Positions 25,692 to 32,977 of a stretch of DNA of 64,000 nucleotides are shown here, piece by piece. Within the stretch, counting starts at the first letter, position 1. Each line of letters opens with the position of its first letter. The notes beneath the pieces are model-generated. The model had not been told where the DNA came from, did no database searches, and saw only the letters and a list, made by a program, of their open reading frames with translations. The translations under genes and the position numbers were made by a program. The stretch lies in the NCBI GenBank assembly GCA_028715605.1, contig JAQURM010000011.1, positions 2,840 through 66,839 of the forward strand. The letters are read 5' to 3'. The stretch is from Desulfovibrionales bacterium. Lineage in GTDB: Bacteria; Desulfobacterota; QYQD01.

Positions 25692-26150
25692 TTGAAGCTC
25701 CCCGCAGCCCGCCTGCGGCGGACGGGGAATCTCCGTATGCAAGGTAAAATGCATCATATTCGCTCGCTAACCCCGCCGCAAGCAGCGGGGAATGCGCTCG
25801 CTATGCATGTTCAACCATCCAATAACAAAGGAAAGGGCTTGTCTGCGAAAGAGCAGTTTAAATCTGACATTACCCGCTGGGCTGCCATCATGAAGGTGAA
25901 CCCCGTGCAAATTCGAGTCCAAATCATGAAAAAAAAGTGGGCGTCATGCTCAGCCAAAGGACGGATATGTTTCAGTACTGATCTTCTTAAGGAATCCAGA
26001 ACTTTTCAAGAATACGTCATCATCCATGAACTTCTCCATCTCCAGGTGCCCAATCACGGCAAGCTTTTCAAGAGCCTTATGAACGCCTATTTGCCGGGGT
26101 GGGAGACGGTTGTGGCGGCACGAAACGGAGACACTACAAGAAGCCTATGA
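25692..26150 (+). CDS. Short DUF45/YgjP-like (M48/WLM-type) metallopeptidase. Its 5' region is occupied by GC-rich hairpin repeats.
   Basis: The core WASCSAKGRICFSTDLL..YVIIHELLHLQVPNHGKLF..LPGWE has an HExxH motif. The first ~37 codons of the listed ORF consist of two hairpins (25700-25727, 25771-25790). The ATG at 25803 is a more plausible start. Confidence 0.7.
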   Translation: MKLPAARLRRTGNLRMQGKMHHIRSLTPPQAAGNALAMHVQPSNNKGKGLSAKEQFKSDITRWAAIMKVNPVQIRVQIMKKKWASCSAKGRICFSTDLLKESRTFQEYVIIHELLHLQVPNHGKLFKSLMNAYLPGWETVVAARNGDTTRSL

Positions 26151-26224
26151 ATATGAGGCATTATTGGGACAAAATACGATTTCTTCAAAACGATGAACAT
26201 TAATCTTATGGAGCCAAAACATCT

Positions 26225-29200
26225 ATGAGTAGAGCCGGCACTAAATCCAACCAAGGAGACGACTACCAACGTCTGGTAGCATTGCATTGGCTTATCCGAC
26301 TCATAAATGACGAAGATGGGATATCTTACATACAAGCTGAATCCAATGGCCTTCCCGGTATTGACGAGAAAATCAGTGTCGATGACGTGGTGGTTGTATA
26401 TGCTGATGGCCGACGTCGCCACATTCAAGCCAAAAAAAATCAGCCGCAGAATCGTACCTGGTTATTATCTGATGAAAGCATCTCTACCGAATTACCAAAG
26501 ATCCGAAACCAGTTAGAAAGTAAGGACGATACACTTGTTGAACTTTATTCCGCCACACCATTCGGCGACCTCAAATCCCTTGCCGACGCAAGTAGAGAGT
26601 ACCCTGACCTTAATGCATTCCGGCGAGAGAGCGGCAAAAACCTGAAAACCAGCCTGACCACAATAGCCAATAAATGGGAACGTTCCGAGGCGGAATCTCT
26701 CAATCTGCTGCGTCGCCTTGAATTCGGATCACATCACTCTCATGAGGACTGGAATAGGCAAAACAGGCAGGATCTGGCAAGATTGGTTACCCATGTGGAC
26801 ATTGCACTACCAGTACTTGAATCTTTTCTAAACGCCCATCAGTCCAAGCTTCAGGCCGCGACATCAACTATTCGTCGTGACGATGTTATTCAGCATCTGG
26901 CGCAAAAGGGCGTTGTGAAAGCGATCATGAAAAGTGAGGCAGAAATCCTTCAAGAATTTCGACATGCATCCCGCATCGGCAGAGCATGGCAGCGAACCGT
27001 TGGCGGTCGTCGAATTGAACGAACCGAGCTGAAGGAACTGATTCGTTTGATTGAGGAAGGTACTGACACCATACTTGTCACCGATCGCCCAGGCAGTGGC
27101 AAGACGTGCTTGCTGCTGGATCTTGCAGACCGCATCGAGCAAGATCCTCGCTTTGGTCTGCTCTTCCTCAAAGGAGATCGCTTCGCCAAACTTCGAAATG
27201 AGAGCGAGCTGAAAAGTGCTGGCCTTCCGGAAGACATCCTAGGTCTCTGCGGTCGGCTTTCAGAACACCGTCGGGTCGTGGTGATTATCGATTCTTTGGA
27301 CGTTCTGTCGATGAACCGTGAGCACGGAGCCCTCTCCATGTTCCTTCGGCTGATTGACCGACTGAATCCCATACTGAATATCACAGTGGTGGCTGCCTGC
27401 CGTTCATTTGACCTTCAGTACGACCCGCTCCTCCGTGATCGCGAATGGAAGCATAAAATTCGTGTGGCGAACTTTGACTTTGACACGGTTGTGGCCCCTC
27501 TGTTAAAGGAATGGGGCGTTCCAGAGGAGAAGGTGGATGCGGATTTGCGGCGTCTTCTGGTGCTCCCTCAAAATCTGCGGTTGTTCGAGGCTATAGCCAT
27601 GCGCGGTGGGCGCTTCAACATACGAACGGCCTATGAACTGCAAGAGGTATACCTCCAAGAGGTGGTCGCTAAGGATTCTGACCTCGGTGCACCTGCGATG
27701 GGGGCTTTACAGACCTTGGCTGATCGAATACTCCGTGAACGCACTCAATTGATACATCCCGCCACTTTTTCAATTGGTGAATCGATTCGTCGTGCGCTCG
27801 TGAGTAACGGGGTGTTGTATGAAGACCCCATCGGTGGTCTCGGATTCAGTCATCAGACCCTTTTTGACAATTTGGCAGTCTATTCATCACTAGCACGCGA
27901 CGAGAACCTTGTCGGGTTTATAAAGTCACACCCTCCCTTTCCATTCTTGCGTGCTGCGGTGCGTACCTTCATGTTTCATCTTCGGACCCATGCCCCTGAC
28001 CTTTTCCATAGACAAGTATGGGCTGCCCTGCATGACACGGAGATCGCCTATCACTTCAGGCGCCTGATCGCCGAGTCCTTGGCAGAAATCGATCCGCAGA
28101 CAGATGATTGGCCATTGCTGCGGAGGCTCTTTCAACATGAACCGGAGCTTTTTCGCCGCTTGTTTTGGCGTCTCGAAGGTGACGCTTGGTGGAAAATGCT
28201 TCTCGATCACTGGCTGCCCTCGCTCTCGTCACCTGCTTCTGATGGCAACTGGTACAGTTTGCTTGTCTCTAGGTTCGACCTCTGGATGAACAGCCATCCA
28301 GTCGAAGTAGTTTCTTTATGGAGGCGTGCATTTTCCGACAATTGGGGAGATAAGAATGATCTCGCAATGCGAATCACCATCCAACTCCACAAATTCCAAC
28401 ACTGGAACACTGAAGGCATCCCGGAACTGATCGAAACTTTGTTAGCTGAAAATAGAGCTGAGCGGGATTTGTTTGGACAGGTCCTCAACCTCTATACAGA
28501 AGCCACGAACCGCGGCGACGAGTTGTTGTGGCAATATATCATTAAAGATGTCGACCCGCAGGATGTTCGACGTTTCGATATTTCAAAAAAACTGCACTGT
28601 GCTCCCCACGTTTTCCATTACAAAGAATTTTTGAAAGACAGGTTGATCCGTTCGGATTGGTTTTTGGATGCTGTTATCAATACCTTGGAGGAGTGGGCAA
28701 CTAAAGATAGTATTTATTCCAGCAAGCATCGGCTAAGATCAGCGTTCCTACACAGCTCGTCCTGGGAATATCGACACAGCCACCACGATGCGCACCCTGC
28801 TGACGATCTTACCGTTTTGCTTGCCGGTGTTGAGCATGCTCTCAAGTACCATGCTCAGGCCAATGATGACTGGTGGAAAAGAAGTGAACCGCAGCTCAGA
28901 GCCCTCCGGGAAGTGACACTGCTATACTTCCTTGCCCTTGTCTATAAGGAAAATCCGGAAACCAATGTGAATGGCATGGTCCATCTCCTGACGGATGTGG
29001 AACTGCTTCGCTATGGCCACATTGAGCATGAACTGGGCGAATTGATTCAGGCTGGTTATCATCTGTTGCCTTCCGAAGTTCAGGAGACCAATCAGCGAAC
29101 CGTCCTCAAGCTTTATGAAGACGAGATTCAGGGCGAGGAAGGCATGCCTTTATGGGTACACCGCACCATCTATGATTACCTCGTCTGGATACCCGCGATA

Positions 29201-30823
29201 TTCAGGCTCCCTGACAGCCAAGACTTCGTCGAACGTTTCAAGCCGCAGTTCGGCACCGCCTTACCTGAGCCGCACATCCACTCTTGGGGAGGATTCGTTG
29301 GGTCTCCGGTTCCTCTCGAAAATTTTATAAAGCTGAATAATACCGATACGATCCGTCTGCTCGATTATTACACCAATTACAATGACCGCAGCAGTCATCC
29401 CGCAGATTTCAATAAGGGCGGTCGTGACAGTGTGGCGCATGTTCTGAGCGAGGCGAGTGCCATAAACCCGATGCGCTACTTTACCCTGCTGCTCACTCTT
29501 GAGCAGCAAGGCTTTCGGTCGGCTGGGTATATTACCAGCCTCCTCGACGGCATAGCCCATCATCTTCGCTACCGCTTCGGACGATTACAGCCACCACAAG
29601 GTTGGCAACCGGTTGAGCCTCTGCCGGATGGACCAAGCCTAGCTCGTTCGTTATTAGATCTGATTGAGGGCCGCCCTAAATTGTGGGATGATGGTCATGC
29701 AGTTGCCCGCCTACTGGAGGCCTGCTGCGAGGTCCTGGAGGATCATGATTCGGTAGAACGACTTGTTTTTCAACTGTTCCGGCTGCTCCACCACCCCGAT
29801 CCTGAAGAAGAACGACAAAGGATCTTCAGTCAGAATAAGCAGGGTATCACAGCCCAGGATCTCATGTCTGACGCTATCAACACCGTTCGCGGTGTTGCGG
29901 CCGGCAATGCCATCACATTGTACAATCGACTCCTGGAAAAGGAGATTGAACCGCCCGAATTGCTCTTTCCCCTACTGCGTCATTTTGCACGCGACCCTAT
30001 CGGGGCTGTCCGTGCGGCCGTACTGGACCATTTACTTTTTTTGACTTCCAGACGCCATACCCTAGGGTGGCAGATTTTCCACGACATCTTTCGCGAGACC
30101 CAAATCCATCTGTGGCCTCTCGCTGAAAAGCACCTCTATCACCAGTATCACGAATATTTCGAGGAAGTCGCTCCTTGTCTGAACAGAATGCGTAACGAAG
30201 CTCCAGATGAAGCAGGGGGAGCGTGGGGCCGAATTGCTACCTTGGCGGTACTTTCCGGACATATAGAAGAGGACAATCTATTTCAGCAGTTGGAGTCGAT
30301 GAACTTAACCGAAGCTTGGCTGGGCGCTTCTCAGGTATTCGCGGCCAATCTGGATCAGCATCTGCATGACAATCTTTGCATTAATGGGCTACGACGTATC
30401 CTTCAAACAAAGAATCTGGACCAGAATGTATATAGACGTATCGAGCACGCCTTTGACCCGAAGAATCAAGGCCGTCACCTCGGTCCTGATGTTGCTTTAA
30501 ATTTTATTGATAGTATTGCACCTGATGATCAACATTTTGACCTCCATATTCTCCTCGACTGGATTGCGGACTTTGCCGGGAGAAATCCCGTCGCTGCTCT
30601 TGACATTTGTGAACGACTTGCTGAAAGACTCGGCACGATGCCCACCCCATATCGGATATGGCATACCGAACCGCTGATCGCCGCTTTGTCCAGCATTCTG
30701 AGGGAAGCAGACGAAACCGACGATACGAACCTGATCCACCGGGCCATTCGTCTGCAGGATCAATTTCTACGCATGGACATTCCAGGGATGGACGATTATT
30801 TCAAGCTGGCAAGTCAACTCTGA
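26225..30823 (+). CDS. 1532-aa STAND-type NTPase with an N-terminal DUF4297/Cap4-like PD-(D/E)xK nuclease domain and a ~1100-aa helical-repeat C-terminus. It is a candidate Avs/NLR-like antiphage sensor.
   Basis: The N-terminal part is GDDYQRLVALHWLIRLI..IQAES..VDDVVVVYADGRRRHIQAKK (E39, D53/D54, Q68-x-K70). Walker A is DRPGSGKTCLLLDL (nt 27092-27106). Walker B is RRVVVIIDSLDVL (nt 27275-27301). The sensor-like arginine context is VVAACRSF. The remainder is Leu/His/Trp-rich, helix-like sequence with no motif I recognise. Confidence 0.75.
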   Translation: MSRAGTKSNQGDDYQRLVALHWLIRLINDEDGISYIQAESNGLPGIDEKISVDDVVVVYADGRRRHIQAKKNQPQNRTWLLSDESISTELPKIRNQLESKDDTLVELYSATPFGDLKSLADASREYPDLNAFRRESGKNLKTSLTTIANKWERSEAESLNLLRRLEFGSHHSHEDWNRQNRQDLARLVTHVDIALPVLESFLNAHQSKLQAATSTIRRDDVIQHLAQKGVVKAIMKSEAEILQEFRHASRIGRAWQRTVGGRRIERTELKELIRLIEEGTDTILVTDRPGSGKTCLLLDLADRIEQDPRFGLLFLKGDRFAKLRNESELKSAGLPEDILGLCGRLSEHRRVVVIIDSLDVLSMNREHGALSMFLRLIDRLNPILNITVVAACRSFDLQYDPLLRDREWKHKIRVANFDFDTVVAPLLKEWGVPEEKVDADLRRLLVLPQNLRLFEAIAMRGGRFNIRTAYELQEVYLQEVVAKDSDLGAPAMGALQTLADRILRERTQLIHPATFSIGESIRRALVSNGVLYEDPIGGLGFSHQTLFDNLAVYSSLARDENLVGFIKSHPPFPFLRAAVRTFMFHLRTHAPDLFHRQVWAALHDTEIAYHFRRLIAESLAEIDPQTDDWPLLRRLFQHEPELFRRLFWRLEGDAWWKMLLDHWLPSLSSPASDGNWYSLLVSRFDLWMNSHPVEVVSLWRRAFSDNWGDKNDLAMRITIQLHKFQHWNTEGIPELIETLLAENRAERDLFGQVLNLYTEATNRGDELLWQYIIKDVDPQDVRRFDISKKLHCAPHVFHYKEFLKDRLIRSDWFLDAVINTLEEWATKDSIYSSKHRLRSAFLHSSSWEYRHSHHDAHPADDLTVLLAGVEHALKYHAQANDDWWKRSEPQLRALREVTLLYFLALVYKENPETNVNGMVHLLTDVELLRYGHIEHELGELIQAGYHLLPSEVQETNQRTVLKLYEDEIQGEEGMPLWVHRTIYDYLVWIPAIFRLPDSQDFVERFKPQFGTALPEPHIHSWGGFVGSPVPLENFIKLNNTDTIRLLDYYTNYNDRSSHPADFNKGGRDSVAHVLSEASAINPMRYFTLLLTLEQQGFRSAGYITSLLDGIAHHLRYRFGRLQPPQGWQPVEPLPDGPSLARSLLDLIEGRPKLWDDGHAVARLLEACCEVLEDHDSVERLVFQLFRLLHHPDPEEERQRIFSQNKQGITAQDLMSDAINTVRGVAAGNAITLYNRLLEKEIEPPELLFPLLRHFARDPIGAVRAAVLDHLLFLTSRRHTLGWQIFHDIFRETQIHLWPLAEKHLYHQYHEYFEEVAPCLNRMRNEAPDEAGGAWGRIATLAVLSGHIEEDNLFQQLESMNLTEAWLGASQVFAANLDQHLHDNLCINGLRRILQTKNLDQNVYRRIEHAFDPKNQGRHLGPDVALNFIDSIAPDDQHFDLHILLDWIADFAGRNPVAALDICERLAERLGTMPTPYRIWHTEPLIAALSSILREADETDDTNLIHRAIRLQDQFLRMDIPGMDDYFKLASQL

Positions 30824-30826
30824 ACC

Positions 30827-30868
30827 TCCGATTGGCACATCGGTCGCGCCCTGTATGGCCGTAAACGG
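30827..30868 (+). pseudogene. 42-bp fragment homologous to codons 7-20 of sbcD (SDWHIGRALYGRKR)
   Basis: tcc gat tgg cac atc ggt cgc gcc ctg tat ggc cgt aaa cgg aligns with sbcD 31755-31796, tcc gac tgg cat att ggc cgc gcc ctt tat ggc cgc aag aga. That is 33/42 nt identical and 14/14 aa identical. There is no start codon, and the fragment lies directly after the STAND stop codon. Confidence 0.8.
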
Positions 30869-30920
30869 TGCATGTCGATACTTTGCTCGATAGATTACAT
30901 CATATTTATGGTCAAAATAT

Positions 30921-30946
30921 GTCGGCAAACTTGACAATTTGCCGAC
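30921..30946. promoter_or_regulatory. Inverted repeat GTCGGCAAA-N8-TTTGCCGAC enclosing a TTGACA hexamer. It is a candidate AbiEi operator/promoter.
   Basis: The 9-bp arms are perfect (30921-30929 and 30938-30946). The spacer cTTGACAa contains a consensus -35 hexamer. The repeat lies immediately 5' of the abiEi reading frame. Confidence 0.45.
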
Positions 30947-31571
30947 GTTTATGTACCATGCCTCCATGAAGAGCGCTAAAGAAAAAGCAATCGACATTAT
31001 CCAGAATCGGGGTGGGTTTATCCGCACTCATGAGGCATTTCAGCAGGGAATACACAGAAGGACCCTATATGGTCTCCGTGATGAAGGGGCGCTGATTTCA
31101 ACTACCCGGGGAATTTACAGGCTTGCTGATATGGATATCCCGGCGGAGATTAATCTTGTTGAGGTTGCCAAGGCTGTTCCCAACGGTGTCATCTGTCTGA
31201 TTTCGGCCCTCTCTTTCCACGGCTTGACTACGCAGATTCCTCATGAAATCTGGATCGCTATAGAAAGAAAAACAAGAAAACCAAAAATAATCTATCCACC
31301 GGTCAGGATCATTTATTACAGCAATTCGCCATTCCAGGCGGGTATCGGAATTCACCGCATTATGGAGCAGGAAATCCCTATTTACGATGCGCCAAAAACC
31401 GTGATTGACTGTTTCCGTTGGCGCAATACGGTGGGGCTCGATGTCGCTCTTGAGGCGGCTCGGGACTATCTTAAACAGCGTTATGCAAGCCTGGCCAAGC
31501 TGATGGAATACGCGAAAATCTGCAAAGTTGAGAAGCTTGTTATGCCGTATCTTCAGGCCATGATCTCATGA
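30939..31571 (+). CDS. abiEi: AbiEi-family type IV toxin-antitoxin antitoxin / transcriptional regulator (COG5340-like)
   Basis: The N-terminal wHTH pattern is IIQNRGGFIRTHEAFQQGIHRRTLYGLRDEGALISTTRGIYRL. The C-terminal pattern is GVICLISALSFHGLTTQIPHEIWIAI. The real start is probably one of the ATGs at 30951 or 30966. Confidence 0.8.
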   Translation: MPTFMYHASMKSAKEKAIDIIQNRGGFIRTHEAFQQGIHRRTLYGLRDEGALISTTRGIYRLADMDIPAEINLVEVAKAVPNGVICLISALSFHGLTTQIPHEIWIAIERKTRKPKIIYPPVRIIYYSNSPFQAGIGIHRIMEQEIPIYDAPKTVIDCFRWRNTVGLDVALEAARDYLKQRYASLAKLMEYAKICKVEKLVMPYLQAMIS

Positions 31572-31696
31572 AAAATATTTCAGCGATCATGGAAAAAATA
31601 AGGACATTTTTACATCCCGTCATCAATGCAATCGAGAAAGATGCCCACTTTAACAAGTCTTGGCCGCCCGGAGGGCCATGGCAAGAGGCCCTGTGA
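31568..31696 (+). pseudogene. 42-codon ORF coupled to the abiEi stop (ATGA overlap). It may be a remnant of the cognate AbiEii toxin gene.
   Basis: The product is MKNISAIMEKIRTFLHPVINAIEKDAHFNKSWPPGGPWQEAL*. The position and 4-nt overlap are those expected of a toxin gene, but a full AbiEii is several-fold longer. I cannot verify sequence similarity to AbiEii. Confidence 0.3.
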
Positions 31697-31736
31697 CCGT
31701 ATCGGGTTCGAAGAAAAACACAAGGAAGGATAAGTA

Positions 31737-32966
31737 GTGAAGCTTCTCCACACATCCGACTGGCATATTGGCCGCGCCCTTTATGGCCGCAAGAGATACG
31801 AGGAACTCAAAGCGTTCCTTGACTGGTTGGCCGGTCTTATCGAAGACGAAAATATTGATGTGCTGCTCGTGGCGGGCGACGTGTTCGACAACAGCACGCC
31901 GAGCAACTATGTACAGACGTTGTATTACCGTTTCCTGTACCGTGTGGCGGCCGCTCCAAACCGTCATGTGGTGGTCACGGCAGGAAATCATGATTCGCCG
32001 TCTTTTTTAAATGCCCCCAGGGAGCTCCTGAAATTTCTGAACATCCATGTCGTGGGGTACGCATCCGATTCTCCTGAAGATGAAATAGTCATGCTGACCG
32101 GGCCGGATGATGATCCCCGGCTCATTGTTTGCGCCATCCCGTATCTCAGAGACCGCGATATCCGCACCGCCGAGGCCGGTGAGAGCCTTGAGGACAAGGA
32201 GAGAAAAATCATAGAAGGGATCAGGGCTCATTACCGGATGGTGTATGAGGCGGCCGAACAGAAACGCTCCACGCTGAAAAAGCCCGTTCCGATTGTCGCC
32301 ATGGGGCATCTGTTCACCGCAGGCGGCCAGACCATTGATGGCGATGGAGTGCGCGAACTGTATATCGGCTCCCTTTTAAAGGTCGGAACAGATGTGTTTC
32401 CCGAACATATCGACTACCTTGCCTTGGGGCATCTTCATATTCCTCAAACGGTGGGCGGTTCAGATTTCATACGCTATTCAGGTTCACCCCTGCCCATCGG
32501 CTTCGGGGAGGCTGAACAGGAAAAGAGCGTGGTCCTCGTGGACTTTTCGGGTAATGCGCCCACTGTCGCAACTATTCCAGTACCCAGGTTCCAGGAACTG
32601 AAGACCCTGCAAGGGGATTGGCCAACCATCGCACGAAATATCGAAGAACTAAAGTCCGGGGGGAGCAACGCCTGGCTGGAGATAGTATATGAAGGAGATG
32701 AGATAGCCGGCAGCCTCCGCGAGCGCCTGGATGAGGCAATCGAAGGGACCGGCATAGAGATCCTCCGCGTCAAGAACAACCGGGTGCTGGAACGCGCCAT
32801 GAGCGGAATGGATGTGGATGAAACACTCGACGATCTGGATGCAACAGACGTGTTCAAACGCTGCCTTGAATCGCACGAAGTCCCGGAGGATCAGCGGCCG
32901 GCGCTTTTGAGCGCCTACCGGGAAATCATAGTCTCCCTCAACGAGCAAGACCAGATGGCTGAATAG
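31737..32966 (+). CDS. sbcD: Exonuclease SbcCD, nuclease subunit SbcD (Mre11-type metallophosphoesterase)
   Basis: LHTSDWHIG, VAGDVFD, GNHDS and GHLH motifs are present. It is collinear with E. coli SbcD along its whole length. The start is GTG. Confidence 0.93.
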   Translation: MKLLHTSDWHIGRALYGRKRYEELKAFLDWLAGLIEDENIDVLLVAGDVFDNSTPSNYVQTLYYRFLYRVAAAPNRHVVVTAGNHDSPSFLNAPRELLKFLNIHVVGYASDSPEDEIVMLTGPDDDPRLIVCAIPYLRDRDIRTAEAGESLEDKERKIIEGIRAHYRMVYEAAEQKRSTLKKPVPIVAMGHLFTAGGQTIDGDGVRELYIGSLLKVGTDVFPEHIDYLALGHLHIPQTVGGSDFIRYSGSPLPIGFGEAEQEKSVVLVDFSGNAPTVATIPVPRFQELKTLQGDWPTIARNIEELKSGGSNAWLEIVYEGDEIAGSLRERLDEAIEGTGIEILRVKNNRVLERAMSGMDVDETLDDLDATDVFKRCLESHEVPEDQRPALLSAYREIIVSLNEQDQMAE

Positions 32967-32977
32967 GAGAAAGGGGA

